NCBI GenBank assembly: GCA_038143065.1
Contig: JAYQLI010000035.1
Location: 2,624,894 to 2,688,893, forward strand
Direction: 5' to 3'
DNA: 64,000 bases
Origin: Rhodospirillales bacterium
Lineage (GTDB): Bacteria; Pseudomonadota; Alphaproteobacteria; Bin95
The translations under genes were made by a program, and so were the position numbers. The notes below the pieces were generated by a model. That model saw nothing but the letters and a program-made list of their open reading frames with translations. It was not told where the DNA came from and did no database searches. How positions within the stretch are numbered: the stretch's first letter is position 1; every line of letters starts with the position of its first letter. Shown here in pieces: positions 31,643 to 48,447 of the stretch.

Positions 31643-31873
31643 ATGGCGAAAGCAACAACAGGGGCTAAATCAGGAGCCGGCAAGTCGGGTCCCGCTGCTT
31701 TTGTGCGGCAGGTTCGCCAGGAGGTCTCCAAGGTTACCTGGCCTAGTCGTAAAGGAAACCACCGTCGCCAGTATCATGGTCTTTGCCATGGTGTTTCTTG
31801 CAGCGATTTTTTCTTTTTCGTTGATCAAGGTTTGGCTATTGCTGTTCGCTTTATTCTCGGGCTCGGAGGCTAA
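31643..31873 (+). CDS. secE: Preprotein translocase subunit SecE; two compensating indels
   Basis: FVRQVRQEVSKVTWPSRK, then ETTVASIMVFAMVFLAAIF in the alternate frame, then FFFVDQ. Confidence 0.9.
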   Translation: MAKATTGAKSGAGKSGPAAFVRQVRQEVSKVTWPSRKGNHRRQYHGLCHGVSCSDFFFFVDQGLAIAVRFILGLGG

Positions 31874-31878
31874 GAGAG

Positions 31879-32409
31879 ATGGAACCACGCTGGTACGTTG
31901 TCCATGCATACTCGGGTTTTGAGAGTAAGGTTGCTCAATCAATCCGTGAGCAAGCTGATCGTGAGGGGTTAGGCGCTGATATTTTAGAGGTCTTGGTCCC
32001 AACTGAGGAAGTTGTAGAGGTCAAACGAGGCTCAAAAACAAAGTCTGAGCGTAAGTTTTTTCCAGGCTATGTGCTTGTAAAAATGGTCATGACTGATAGG
32101 GCTTGGCATCTGGTCAAGAATACCACAAAAGTAACAGGTTTTCTGGGTTCTGGTAAAAGACCTTCACCCATTTCAGAAGCAGAGGCACGCCGGATAGTTG
32201 ATCAAACGCAAGATTCAAGTGAGCGCGTCCGGCCGTCGATTACATTTGAAGTTGGCGAAAATGTGCGTGTGTCTGATGGTCCGTTCGCAAGCTTCAATGG
32301 GGTGGTTGAAGACGTGGATGAGACACGGGCTCGGCTCAAAGTCTCTGTATCAATTTTTGGTCGTTCAACTCCTGTGGATTTAGAGTACGGGCAGGTAGAA
32401 AAAGTTTAA
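31879..32409 (+). CDS. nusG: Transcription termination/antitermination factor NusG
   Basis: RWYVVHAYSGFE, FFPGYVLV and KOW motif DGPFASFNG. Confidence 0.97.
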   Translation: MEPRWYVVHAYSGFESKVAQSIREQADREGLGADILEVLVPTEEVVEVKRGSKTKSERKFFPGYVLVKMVMTDRAWHLVKNTTKVTGFLGSGKRPSPISEAEARRIVDQTQDSSERVRPSITFEVGENVRVSDGPFASFNGVVEDVDETRARLKVSVSIFGRSTPVDLEYGQVEKV

Positions 32410-32466
32410 TTTGGTCCAGTGTTCTAAAGTTCCATCCCTTTAGGCCTTTAGAACGGATCATTTCTT

Positions 32467-32495
32467 GCGGGAGGCCGTCCCTGGCCGTTTACCGC
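32467..32495 (+). promoter_or_regulatory. Ribosomal protein L1-binding leader of rplK-rplA
   Basis: gcgGGAGgcc-gtccct-ggccgtttACCgc resembles the L1 autoregulatory site; located just upstream of rplK. Confidence 0.6.
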
Positions 32496-32542
32496 GTCTA
32501 TCAACCGAATGGTCGGTTGTTAGTTGATTTGGGGGAGCCATA

Positions 32543-32976
32543 ATGGCAAAAAAAATCGATGGTTATATCAAGCTGCAAGTGCCAGCTGGTAAAGCCAACC
32601 CGTCACCGCCTATTGGACCGGCTCTTGGTCAACGCGGTGTCAATATTATGGAATTTTGTAAGGCATTCAACGCCCAGACTCAGCAGATGGAAGCTGGAAT
32701 GCCAATTCCAACTGTCATCACTGTCTATGCGGATAGGTCATTTAGTTTCATCACCAAGACCCCTCCCGCTTCCTACTACATCAAAAAAGCTGCGTCCGTA
32801 GGTAAGGGATCACAGACCCCGGAAAATCAGCTGCAGTTGTGGGAAAGGTCACTTGGGATCAGTTGCGAGAGATAGCGCAAGCTAAGCTCGCTGATATGAG
32901 CGCTAACGACGTGGAAGCAGGTGCTAAGGCATTGGCCGGTTCTGCGCGTTCCATGGGTATTGAGGTAGTGGACTAA
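32543..32976 (+). CDS. rplK: 50S ribosomal protein L11; frameshift near 32820
   Basis: [21 protein letters not shown]; C-terminus [12 protein letters not shown] in another frame. Confidence 0.95.
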
Positions 32977-32980
32977 AACT

Positions 32981-33687
32981 ATGGCAAAGAATGGAAAACG
33001 CGTCTCTGATGCTCGTAAATCCGTCGATGCGTCAAAGCTTTATGGCATTGATGAAGCGGTTAAGTTTCTGAAAAGCAATTCGAAAACAAAATTCGATGAG
33101 ACTGTTGAAATAGCTATCAATCTTGGAGTCGATCCTCGTCACGCTGATCAGCAAGTCCGTGGTATGGTGGCTTTGCCGAATGGTACTGGTAAGTCTGCTC
33201 GCGTTGCTGTTTTTGCTCGGGGTGCCAAGGCAGACGAAGCACAAGCAGCTGGCGCTGATTTGGTTGGCGCAGAAGAGCTCGCAGAGACGGTTCAGTCTGG
33301 AACGATTGATTTTGATGTTGCTATTGCGACTCCAGATATGATGCCAATCGTTGGGCGACTTGGTCGTGTCTTGGGTCCTCGTGGCCTGATGCCAAATCCC
33401 AAACTGGGCACAGTAACGCAAGATGTTGCTGCAGCTGTTGAAGGAGCGAAAGGTGGGCAGGTTCAGTATCGCGTCGAGAAAGCAGGAATCATCCATGCTG
33501 GCGTTGGTAAGATGAGTTTTTCGGAAGACCAAATTCTTGGAAACGTCCGTGCATTATTTGATGCAGTTGTCAGGCAAAGCCCAGCGGAGCCAAAGGTACG
33601 TATATCAAAAAAGTTTCATTGACCTCGACTATGGGGCCAGGATTGCGTATTGATCCATCGTCTATGAGCGAGGGACAAGTATCTTAA
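32981..33687 (+). CDS. rplA: 50S ribosomal protein L1; frameshift near 33575
   Basis: [36 protein letters not shown]; tail [15 protein letters not shown] in another frame. Confidence 0.95.
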
Positions 33688-33758
33688 GATTAGGAATGCG
33701 GTTGGGGTAACCCAACTGTTGACCCCTGTGAGTATATATCAGGGGTATTAAAGAACGT

Positions 33759-33838
33759 CTGTCCAAGATTGAGGGTGCTGAAGATCCAAAAAAAATAGGG
33801 GTCAATTCAGCTTAAACTTTCAGCCTTCATGAGACAGG
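33759..33838 (+). promoter_or_regulatory. L10(L12) leader core upstream of rplJ
   Basis: ctgtccAAGAttgagggtg...cTTAA...ccttcatGAGAcagg arrangement matches the L10 leader consensus; lies in the rplA-rplJ spacer. Confidence 0.7.
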
Positions 33839-33995
33839 AGATCAAAGCGGTTCTGAAAGACCCTTCTTGGGTCGAAGTGCGCTGGGGTCACCACCGGAGA
33901 GGCGGATGTCCGCTGCTAAGGAGTATTTCTCTCAGGCAGCTTAACCCGGGTGAAGTGGTTAATCCATTTCACTCTTATTAACGGAGTAGACCCAC

Positions 33996-34511
33996 TTGCA
34001 TCGACAGCAGAAGGAACAGGTGGTCGAGGCGTTGCATGAAACCTTTTCCAGTGCGAGCAGCATAGTTGTTGCGCACCAAAAAGGTTTGACTCATGCGCAA
34101 ATGACCGACCTTCGTCGGCGCTTGACGGAGCCTGGAGCAGGATTTAAGGTAACTAAGAACCGGCTGGCCAAACTGGCGCTCGATGGGACGCCGTATGAGG
34201 GTATGGCTGATTTGTTCAGTGGCCCAACGACGGTTGCCTACTCTGATGACCCCGTGTCTGCGGCAAAGGTCGCAGTAAAATATGCCAGTGACAACGACAA
34301 GTACGAAGTCGTTGGTGGTGGGCTAGACGGTAAAGCACTCAGTGTTGCCGAGGTTAAGGCGCTTGCGTCTCTGCCCGGTATCGACGAACTGCGCGCTAAG
34401 ATCGTCGGCATGATAGCAACACCAGCTACTCGCCTTGCGCAAGTCACTGCAGCGCCAGCTGGGCAACTTGCCCGGGTATTCGGTGCTTATGTATCATCAG
34501 AACAAGCTTAA
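33996..34511 (+). CDS. rplJ: 50S ribosomal protein L10 (TTG start)
   Basis: FKVTKNRLAKLAL, LASLP...LRAKIVG; GGAG RBS. Confidence 0.95.
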   Translation: MHRQQKEQVVEALHETFSSASSIVVAHQKGLTHAQMTDLRRRLTEPGAGFKVTKNRLAKLALDGTPYEGMADLFSGPTTVAYSDDPVSAAKVAVKYASDNDKYEVVGGGLDGKALSVAEVKALASLPGIDELRAKIVGMIATPATRLAQVTAAPAGQLARVFGAYVSSEQA

Positions 34512-34577
34512 ATCTCAACCGCCGGGTGCTTATTAGATGAGCTACCGTGCTATTTGATCTACTAGGAGTAAATAAAA

Positions 34578-34958
34578 ATGGCCGATCTCGATAAGATCGT
34601 TGAAGAACTTTCCGCCCTTACCGTCCTCGAAGCTGCAGAGCTATCCAAAATGCTCGAAGAGAAGTGGGGCGTTTCCGCTGCTGCTCCTGTGGCAGTGGCT
34701 GCTGCTGGCGGTGGTGCCGGTGCGGATGCGCCTGCTGCAGAAGAGAAAGACGAGTTTGACGTCATCCTCGCTTCTGCTGGCGACAAGAAAATTAATGTTA
34801 TTAAAGAAGTTCGCGGCATCACAGGCCTGGGCCTTAAAGAAGCAAAAGACCTTGTAGAAAGTGCACCTAAAGCTGTTAAAGAAGGTGCATCAAAGGATGA
34901 AGCGGAAGAAATTAAGAAGAAGCTCGAAGAAGCTGGCGCTACTGTCGAGCTTAAATAA
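34578..34958 (+). CDS. rplL: 50S ribosomal protein L7/L12
   Basis: [33 protein letters not shown]. Confidence 0.97.
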   Translation: MADLDKIVEELSALTVLEAAELSKMLEEKWGVSAAAPVAVAAAGGGAGADAPAAEEKDEFDVILASAGDKKINVIKEVRGITGLGLKEAKDLVESAPKAVKEGASKDEAEEIKKKLEEAGATVELK

Positions 34959-34972
34959 GCTTCCATCTAATA

Positions 34973-35005
34973 TCCGGTTAGGCTTTTTAGCCTAGCCGGG
35001 TTTTT
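34973..35005 (+). terminator. Terminator/attenuator between rplL and rpoB
   Basis: tccggttaggct-tttt-agcctagccggg hairpin followed by T5. Confidence 0.7.
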
Positions 35006-35140
35006 GCTGAGCTTGTGCGCCGATTTCACATTCGGTGTACTACACCAACTTCCATCCAAGTGATAAATTTGGATGGGTTAAAGTCGTTAGAGAACTATAT
35101 AGTTCTGGTAGTGGCTTTTAAACGATAGGGAGACGCGCCA

Positions 35141-38100
35141 ATGGCGATGTCGATGACCGGTCGCAAAAGAATTCGTCGCAGGTTTGGGCACATCCGCGAG
35201 GTTGCTCCAATTCCGAATTTGATCGAAGTGCAAAAACAATCTTACGATGCGTTTCTGCAAACAGATCTATCGGCTGAAGATCGTCGGTCGCAAGGCTTGT
35301 ACGAGGCGCTCTCCTCTGTCTTTCCAGTGAAAGATTTTGCAGGAAAGGCTCAACTTGAATTCGTAGACTACGAGTTTGAGGATCCCAAATATGATGTGGA
35401 AGAGTGTCGTCAGCGCGGATTGACATTCTCTGCTCCACTTAAAGTCACCTTGCGTTTGGTCGTATGGGACGTGGATGAAGAGACAGGCTCTCGCTCTATT
35501 CGAGACATAAAAGAACAGGATGTTTACATGGGCGATATGCCGCTCATGACATCAAACGGTACTTTTATTGTGAACGGTACAGAGCGTGTTATCGTATCCC
35601 AAATGCACCGGTCCCCTGGTGTCTTTTTTGATCACGACAAGGGAAAGACTCACTCGTCGGGCAAATTACTTTTTGCGGCGCGCGTGATCCCCTATCGCGG
35701 TTCGTGGTTAGATTTTGAATTTGACTCCAAAGATTTAGTTTACGTTCGCATTGACCGTCGTCGCAAACTTCCTGTTACGACTATGCTTTTAGCTCTTGAT
35801 AATGATGCAACAGCTAAGCGCAAGGAAGAGTTGGCGGTTGAAGGTCAAGTGTTCCCTGCTGAAGAGTCCGAAGGTCTCACGCCTGAAGAAATTCTCTCAT
35901 ATTTCTATGAGACCGATTTGTTCGAGCGTGCTGCAGATGGATGGACAGCGCCCTTTGATCCAGCTTCTTTGAAGCCAGGCAAAGCGCTTATGGACGTCCG
36001 TGATGCTGCCACTGGTGAGGTGGTTGTTAAAGAGGGTTCAAGGATTACACCGCGTGTCCTTACAAAGTTGGCTGAGAAAGGTGTCAAGCGACGTTTGGCC
36101 TCTACAGAGGAACTTGTCGGTAAGTATTTGGCGCGTGATGTCGTCGACATGACGTCAGGCGCGATCTTTGCGGAGGCCGGGGCTGAGATAGATGAGGCTC
36201 TGTTAGATACATTGCAGCAGGCTGGCATCAATGAGATTCCTGTCCTTGCCATCGATGATGTGGAGGTAGGCCCTTATATCCTTAAAACTTTGGCGGCTGA
36301 TAAAAACGAAAGCCAAGATGATGCGCTCACGGATATCTATCGTGTGATGCGCCCGGGCGAACCGCCAACCCCTGAGTCAGCACAAGCAATGTTTAAAAGC
36401 TTGTTCTTTGATAGTGAACGCTATGATCTATCAGCTGTTGGCCGTGTAAAAATGAATGCACGGCTTGATCTGGACACCCCAGACACCATGCGTGTGTTGC
36501 GGCGAGAAGATGTACTGGCGATTGTTAAAACGTTGGTTGACCTCAAAGACGGCCGTGGTGAAGTGGATGATATTGATCACCTTGGTAACCGCAGGGTCCG
36601 CTCTGTTGGTGAGTTAATGGAGAATCAATATCGTGTTGGTTTGCTTCGGATGGAACGAGCCATTCGTGAACGGATGAGTTCCGTTGATATTGATGCTGTG
36701 ATGCCTCAGGACCTCATTAACGCAAAGCCAGCTGCGGCGGCAGTGCGAGAATTTTTTGGTTCTTCCCAGCTATCACAGTTCATGGATCAAACGAACCCGC
36801 TGTCGGAGATTACCCATAAACGCCGTCTTTCAGCCCTTGGGCCAGGCGGTTTAACCCGCGAGAGAGCGGGTTTTGAAGTTCGTGATGTTCATCCCACGCA
36901 TTATGGCCGAATTTGTCCAATTGAAACGCCGGAAGGACCTAACATTGGATTGATTAATAGTTTTGCCTCATATGCCCGCGTCAATAGGTACGGTTTTATT
37001 GAGACCCCTTACCGTAAGGTTGTGGATGGACTGGTTACAGATGAAGTCGTCTACATGTCGGCCATGGAAGAAACCCGTCACACCGTTGCGCAGGCTAACG
37101 CTCCTTTAGACTCGAAAATAAATTCAAAAACGAGCTAGTGGACTGTAGGGCAAATGGTGACTACCTGCTTGCTCAGCGCAGTCAGATTGACTTCATGGAT
37201 GTTTCGCCAAAGCAGTTAGTATCAGTTGCTGCCGCGTTGATTCCATTTTTAGAGAATGATGACGCGAACAGAGCTTTGATGGGCTCAAACATGCAACGTC
37301 AGGCAGTGCCTCTTTTACAAACCCAAGCTCCCCTTGTTGGTACAGGTATGGAAGCAATTGTCGCTCGAGACTCTGGAGCGACTATCACGGCTAAGCGAGG
37401 CGGGGTTGTCGATCAGATCGACGCAATGCGTATCGTTATCCGTGTTAACGAAAATGAGGCGCAAGGTGATACGGGTGTAGATATTTACACTCTGCAAAAA
37501 TTCGAGAGATCCAACCAATCAACCTGCATCACACAGCGTCCGCTGGTTAAAAAAGGTGATCGTGTCGAGTCCGGTGATATTATTGCTGACGGCCCTTCCA
37601 CCAATCTTGGTGATTTGGCCCTTGGTCGTAACGTGCTTTGTGCGTTCATGCCATGGAATGGCTATAATTTCGAAGACTCGATAGTTATTTCCGAGCGTAT
37701 CGCCCGTGATGACGTGTTTACCTCCATTCACATTGAAGAATTCGAGGTGATGGCACGTGATACCAAGCTTGGGCAGGAAGAGATAACACGAGATATTCCG
37801 AATGTTTCCGAAGAAGCCCTCCGGAATCTAGATGAAGCTGGAATGGTTTATGTCGGAGCTGAGTTGAAGCCTGGCGATCTCATGGTTGGAAAGGTGACAC
37901 CTAAGGGTGAGTCACCAATGACACCAGAAGAAAAACTGCTTCGGGCTATATTTGGCGAGAAGGCTGCTGACGTCCGCGATACGTCATTAAAGGTCCCACC
38001 CGGGGTTACAGGTACAGTAGTTGATGTACGTGTTTTCTCTCGCCGTGGTGTCGAGAAAGACGAACGAGCGAGAGCTATTGATCAGGAAGAAATCGAGCGT

Positions 38101-39321
38101 CTTGCCAAAGATCGTGATGATGAAAAGCACATTATCACTCGTAGCTTTAATGCTCGCCTTCGCGAACTTTTGTTGGGCCGGGAAATCGTTTCAGGTCCTA
38201 AGGGTGTAAAGTCGGCAAAGAAGGGCGCAAAGATCGATGGGCCTCTTCTGGATGAGCTTACATCCACGCAGCAGCGGCAAATCGTAGTCTCTGATGATCC
38301 TGTGATGAAGGAATTGGAGGCCCTGGGTAAACGCTATGATGAAAGTGTTAAGCAGCTCTCCGATCGATTTGAGAATAAGGTCGAGAAGCTTGAGCGGGGA
38401 GATGAACTGCCTCCTGGCGTGATGAAGATGGTTAAAGTCTTCGTTGCAGTGAAACGGAAGCTGCAGCCTGGTGATAAGATGGCCGGCCGTCACGGGAACA
38501 AAGGTGTTGTATCTACCATTGTTCCTATTGAGGATATGCCTCACTTGGAGGACGGAACCCCTGTTGACATAGTTCTGAACCCGCTTGGTGTTCCAAGTCG
38601 CATGAACGTGGGGCAGATTTTGGAGACCCACCTTGGTTGGGCTTGTGCAGCTCTGGGTCAGCAAATTGAGAGTATGCTCGAGGGTGTTCAACAAGGTGCT
38701 AAAGCATTTAAGGACCTAAGAGCAAAGCTTAAAGATGTTTATGGTCCTGAGATGTACGATGGAGATATCGCTGATCTGAATGATGATGAAGTGATAGAGC
38801 TTGCTCACAATCTTCGTGATGGAATGCCTATTGCAACTCCTGTTTTTGATGGAGCTCGCGAGAGTGACATCAATGAGATGTTGGAGAAGGCGCAACTGGC
38901 TACGTCCGGGCAATCGACATTGATTGATGGTCGCACGGGTGAAGAGTTCCATCGTAAGGTGACAGTTGGCTACATCTATATGCTGAAGCTACATCATCTT
39001 GTGGACGATAAAATCCATGCTCGGTCTATCGGTCCATATAGCTTAGTGACCCAGCAGCCTCTTGGCGGCAAGGCACAATTCGGTGGTCAGCGTTTCGGTG
39101 AAATGGAAGTCTGGGCCCTAGAAGCTTATGGTGCGGCTTACACACTTCAGGAAATGCTTACAGTTAAATCTGATGATGTGTCTGGGCGCACTAAAGTGTA
39201 TGAATCCATTGTCCGTGGCGATGATACCTTCGAGGCTGGAATACCAGAGAGCTTTAACGTTCTAGTGAAGGAACTTCGTTCTCTTGGCCTCAATGTCGAA
39301 CTTCTGGAGACAGAGAATTAA
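35141..39321 (+). CDS. rpoB: DNA-directed RNA polymerase beta subunit; single frameshift near 37113
   Basis: [33 protein letters not shown] and GGQRFGEME; split into ORFs 35141-37138 and 37138-39321. Confidence 0.98.
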
Positions 39322-39367
39322 TAATGCCTGATATGCGCGTTTGTATTCTCTTCAACCTGCAGCTTAA

Positions 39368-43558
<4,191 letters not shown>

Positions 43559-43601
43559 AATTTTTTTAATCGCCCTGCGTCGAAAATGTGCTGTAGCAGT
43601 G

Positions 43602-43630
43602 TTGACGTGGGGCAGTTGGGCCACTATGGT
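43602..43630 (+). promoter_or_regulatory. Sigma70-type promoter of the str operon
   Basis: TTGACG-17 nt-TATGGT followed by a GC-rich discriminator (ccgcgcc). Confidence 0.65.
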
Positions 43631-43858
43631 CCGCGCCACTCTTGATGGGGCTGGCTGTAGCTCACCTCTTGCGAGGATGGGATGGCTAGACGCAGTCTCG
43701 ATGCGGGGTACCCCGTGAACGCAAGGGTCTCAAAATTGGATCAAGCGGCTTCTAAGAGGGTCGCTATTCTTTTGTGGGGCCCCAAGCGTTGGTCGAGTTT
43801 GCGCCCTTTCCTTGGGGCGTTTTTTGTTGGATGTGAATTGAAGGGGAGATCGGCCTGA

Positions 43859-44230
43859 ATGCCGACCATTAATCAGCTGATCCGCAAGCCGCGGAAGGCA
43901 CCAAATACGCGGAATAAAGTTCCAGCTTTGGAGGCGTGTCCTCAGAAGCGGGGAGTTTGTACGCGCGTCTACACGACTACGCCTAAGAAGCCTAACTCAG
44001 CTCTCCGTAAGGTCGCTCGCGTACGGCTCACAAATGGTTTTGAAGTTACCAGCTATATTCCTGGTGAAGGGCATAACTTGCAAGAACACTCTGTTGTCCT
44101 AATTCGTGGCGGCCGTGTGAAAGACCTTCCTGGTGTTCGTTACCACATTCTTCGTGGCGTACTTGACACACAAGGTGTTGCAAATCGTCGTCAGCGTCGT
44201 TCCAAATACGGCGCTAAGCGGCCGAAGTGA
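43859..44230 (+). CDS. rpsL: 30S ribosomal protein S12
   Basis: [27 protein letters not shown]. Confidence 0.99.
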   Translation: MPTINQLIRKPRKAPNTRNKVPALEACPQKRGVCTRVYTTTPKKPNSALRKVARVRLTNGFEVTSYIPGEGHNLQEHSVVLIRGGRVKDLPGVRYHILRGVLDTQGVANRRQRRSKYGAKRPK

Positions 44231-44244
44231 CCGGAGAGGATTAA

Positions 44245-44718
<474 letters not shown>

Positions 44719-44763
44719 TTGCCCAGGATCATTCATTGATTTTTGTTTGAAGTAATTCCTCTG

Positions 44764-46845
44764 ATGGCTCGTACTCACGATCTCTCCATGTATCGTAACA
44801 TCGGCATCATGGCCCATATTGATGCTGGTAAAACAACTACGACTGAGCGCGTGCTCTACTACACAGGCCGTTCCCATAAAATTGGCGAAGTGCACGATGG
44901 CGCGGCCACTATGGATTGGATGGAGCAGGAGCAAGAGCGAGGGATAACTATTACCTCTGCTGCAACAACCTGTTTTTGGCGTGATTATCGGATCAACATT
45001 ATTGACACCCCTGGCCACGTGGACTTCACCATTGAGGTGGAACGTTCTCTAAGGGTCTTGGATGGTGCTGTAACAGTTTTCGACTCGGTTGCAGGTGTTG
45101 AGCCTCAATCTGAGACTGTGTGGCGTCAGGCTGACAAGTACAAAGTCCCGCGCATGTGCTTTGTGAATAAGATGGACCGCACTGGAGCGGACTTCTTTCG
45201 TTGTGTTCAAATGATGATTGATCGTCTTGGGGCTACCCCACTGGTCCTTCAGTTGCCAATCGGGTCCGAAGCAGAGTTTGAAGGCGTTATAGATCTCGTC
45301 AACATGCGCGAAGTCGTTTGGAAGGACGAAAGCCTTGGGGCCGAGTTCGAGTATCGTCCCATTCGCGACAAATATGCTGATCAGGCTGCGGAGTATCGGG
45401 AAAAGCTGGTTGAGACCGCTGTAGAGCAAGATGATGCTGCTATGGAAGCTTACCTTGAAGGGGAAGAGCCTAGTGTTGAGACCTTAGTAGCATGTATTAG
45501 AAAAGGCACTCTAGATCACGATGCATTTGTACCTGTGCTGTGTGGCTCGGCGTTCAAAAACAAGGGTGTTCAGCCTTTGCTTGATGCGGTGATTGACTTT
45601 TTGCCTGCGCCAACCGATGTGCCAGCAATTAAGGGTATAGATGTTAAGACAGAAGAGCCTGCTACTAGGAAGTCTTCTGATGATGAGCCTTTTTCTGCAT
45701 TGGCCTTCAAAATTATGACAGACCCGTTTGTGGGGTCCCTCACCTTCTGCCGCATCTATTCTGGTGTTCTTGAGGCCGGTACATCGACGCTAAACTCGGT
45801 CAAGGACAACCGCGAGCGTGTCGGGCGGATGTTGCAAATGCATGCCAACTCTCGGGAAGATGTTAAAGAGGCGCGAGCTGGCGACATCGTTGCGATTGCA
45901 GGCTTAAAAAATACCACGACGGGTGATACCCTTTGTGATCCTCTCAAGCCGGTTATTCTGGAGCGCATGGAATTCCCAGAGCCAGTTATTGAGGTGGCGG
46001 TTGAGCCTAAATCCAAAGCTGACCAAGAAAAAATGGGTATAGCGCTTTCACGATTGGCTCAAGAAGACCCATCGTTCCGCGTTGCATCTGATGCCGAAAG
46101 TGGTCAGACGGTTATCAAAGGGATGGGTGAGCTTCATCTGGATATCATCGTTGATCGAATGAAACGTGAGTTTAAGGTTGAGGCTAACGTCGGGGCTCCC
46201 CAGGTGGCCTATCGGGAAACGATCACCCGTCGCGCTGAAATCGATTACACCCACAAGAAGCAGACTGGTGGTTCAGGTCAGTTCGCGCGCGTCAAAATCG
46301 TCTTTCAGCCACAGGAAGATAAGGCAAAGGGTAACGAATTTGTATCTTCCATTGTTGGTGGTTCCGTTCCTCGGGAATATATCCCTGGGGTGGAGAAGGG
46401 ACTGATGAGCGCCATGGAAACCGGCATTCTCGTTGGTTTCCCTGTCATAAACGTTCATGCACAGCTGGTTGACGGCGCATACCACGACGTTGATTCATCG
46501 GTGATGGCTTTTGAAATTGCAGCACGCGCAGCATTTAGGGAAGGAATGGAGAAGGCTGGGCCATCTCTTCTTGAGCCTATCATGAAGGTCGAAGTTGTAA
46601 CCCCTGAGGAGTACATGGGCGATATAATTGGCGACTTGAACAGCCGACGTGGCCAGGTTGCTGGTATGGATAGCCGAGGCAACGCCCGCGTCGTTGATGC
46701 GATGGTGCCGCTGGCTAACATGTTTGGATATGTGAATACGTTGCGGTCTATGAGCCAAGGTAGGGCGCAGTACAGCATGCAATTTGATCATTATAACCAA
46801 GTACCACAAGCCGTCGCGGACGAGGTTCGCGCGAAGTTGGCATAG
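44764..46845 (+). CDS. fusA: Elongation factor G
   Basis: [26 protein letters not shown]. Confidence 0.99.
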   Translation: MARTHDLSMYRNIGIMAHIDAGKTTTTERVLYYTGRSHKIGEVHDGAATMDWMEQEQERGITITSAATTCFWRDYRINIIDTPGHVDFTIEVERSLRVLDGAVTVFDSVAGVEPQSETVWRQADKYKVPRMCFVNKMDRTGADFFRCVQMMIDRLGATPLVLQLPIGSEAEFEGVIDLVNMREVVWKDESLGAEFEYRPIRDKYADQAAEYREKLVETAVEQDDAAMEAYLEGEEPSVETLVACIRKGTLDHDAFVPVLCGSAFKNKGVQPLLDAVIDFLPAPTDVPAIKGIDVKTEEPATRKSSDDEPFSALAFKIMTDPFVGSLTFCRIYSGVLEAGTSTLNSVKDNRERVGRMLQMHANSREDVKEARAGDIVAIAGLKNTTTGDTLCDPLKPVILERMEFPEPVIEVAVEPKSKADQEKMGIALSRLAQEDPSFRVASDAESGQTVIKGMGELHLDIIVDRMKREFKVEANVGAPQVAYRETITRRAEIDYTHKKQTGGSGQFARVKIVFQPQEDKAKGNEFVSSIVGGSVPREYIPGVEKGLMSAMETGILVGFPVINVHAQLVDGAYHDVDSSVMAFEIAARAAFREGMEKAGPSLLEPIMKVEVVTPEEYMGDIIGDLNSRRGQVAGMDSRGNARVVDAMVPLANMFGYVNTLRSMSQGRAQYSMQFDHYNQVPQAVADEVRAKLA

Positions 46846-46904
46846 TCGCCAGCTATTTCCTGTTAATGCCAAGATTTAGATAGTTCGCAAGGAGTTAGGC
46901 CGCC

Positions 46905-48095
46905 ATGGCGAAAGAGAAGTTTGAGCGTAATAAGCCGCACTGCAACATCGGGACCATTGGCCATGTTGATCATGGCAAGACGTCTTTGACTGCAGCGATC
47001 ACCAAGGTACTTGCCGAGTCTGGTGGAGCCAATTTCCAGGCTTATGATCAGATTGATAAGGCTCCTGAAGAGAAGGCACGTGGTATCACGATTTCAACGG
47101 CTCACGTGGAGTATGAGACGGAAGGTCGTCACTACGCACACGTTGATTGTCCTGGCCACGCTGACTACGTGAAGAACATGATCACCGGTGCGGCGCAGAT
47201 GGACGGCGCTATCTTGGTGGTTTCAGCTGCTGACGGCCCTATGCCCCAGACCCGCGAGCACATTCTGCTTGCACGTCAGGTTGGTGTGCCTGCTCTAGTG
47301 GTATTCATGAACAAGGTTGATCAGGTTGACGACGAAGAGCTTCTAGAGCTTGTAGAGCTTGAGGTTCGCGAGCTTCTGTCCTCCTATGACTTCCCAGGCG
47401 ATGATATTCCTATCATCAAGGGTTCTGCGCTAGCCGCGCTTGAAGATTCAAACAAAGAGATTGGCCACGACGCTGTTCTTGAACTGATGGCAGCGGTTGA
47501 TGAGTATATTCCTCAGCCAGAGCGTCCAGTTGATCGTCCATTCCTAATGCCTATTGAGGACGTATTCTCAATCTCTGGTCGTGGTACAGTTGTTACCGGC
47601 CGTGTTGAGCAGGGCATTGTTAAGGTTGGTGAGGAAATCGAGATCGTTGGTATCCGTGATACTGCGAAGACTACGGTTACCGGCGTTGAGATGTTCCGTA
47701 AGCTTCTGGATCAAGGCCAGGCTGGTGACAATGTTGGTTGCTTGCTTCGTGGTGTTGGTCGTGAGGACGTGGAGCGTGGTCAGGTTCTGTCGAAACCAGG
47801 ATCAATTACACCGCACACCCAATTCCAGTGTGAGTGCTATGTGCTGACAAAGGAAGAGGGAGGGCGCCACACGCCATTCTTCTCGAACTATCGCCCTCAG
47901 TTCTACTTCCGGACCACGGACGTTACGGGGACGGTTGAACTTCCTGAAGGCACTGAAATGGTGATGCCAGGTGACAACATTGCGATGAAGGTGAACCTGA
48001 TCGCTCCAATTGCAATGGACGAAGGTCTGCGCTTTGCGATCCGTGTAGGCGGTCGCACTGTTGGCGCCGGCGTCGTCGCTAAAATCGTCGCTTAA
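46905..48095 (+). CDS. tuf: Elongation factor Tu (copy 2)
   Basis: Intact 396 aa EF-Tu after fusA. Confidence 0.99.
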   Translation: MAKEKFERNKPHCNIGTIGHVDHGKTSLTAAITKVLAESGGANFQAYDQIDKAPEEKARGITISTAHVEYETEGRHYAHVDCPGHADYVKNMITGAAQMDGAILVVSAADGPMPQTREHILLARQVGVPALVVFMNKVDQVDDEELLELVELEVRELLSSYDFPGDDIPIIKGSALAALEDSNKEIGHDAVLELMAAVDEYIPQPERPVDRPFLMPIEDVFSISGRGTVVTGRVEQGIVKVGEEIEIVGIRDTAKTTVTGVEMFRKLLDQGQAGDNVGCLLRGVGREDVERGQVLSKPGSITPHTQFQCECYVLTKEEGGRHTPFFSNYRPQFYFRTTDVTGTVELPEGTEMVMPGDNIAMKVNLIAPIAMDEGLRFAIRVGGRTVGAGVVAKIVA

Positions 48096-48134
48096 GCGAG
48101 GGCCTGATCGGCCCCGCACCAAGGATGCGTGAAT

Positions 48135-48443
48135 ATGGAAAATCAAAATATTAGAATCCGCCTCAAGGCGTATGATCACCGGGTGCTTGATCAGTCCACC
48201 TCGGAGATCGTGAACACCGCCAAGCGGACAGGTGCAACGGTTCGGGGGCCCATTCCCCTTCCGACGCGCATCCAGAAGTACACAGTGTTGCGTGGCCCTC
48301 ATATCGATAAGAAGTCACGTGATCAGTTTGAGATGCGTACACATCGGCGTGTCCTCGATATTGTAGAACCAACTCCTCAGACGGTAGATGCTCTTATGAG
48401 GCTCGATCTTTCGCCTGGTGTTGATGTAGAGATCAAGGACTAA
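48135..48443 (+). CDS. rpsJ: 30S ribosomal protein S10
   Basis: [21 protein letters not shown]. Confidence 0.98.
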   Translation: MENQNIRIRLKAYDHRVLDQSTSEIVNTAKRTGATVRGPIPLPTRIQKYTVLRGPHIDKKSRDQFEMRTHRRVLDIVEPTPQTVDALMRLDLSPGVDVEIKD

Positions 48444-48447
48444 CTCA

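Noticed and set aside
37100-37140. Naturally split rpoB or programmed frameshift
   Set aside because: Adding one base restores a continuous frame, and similar indels occur throughout the window; best explained as sequencing error.
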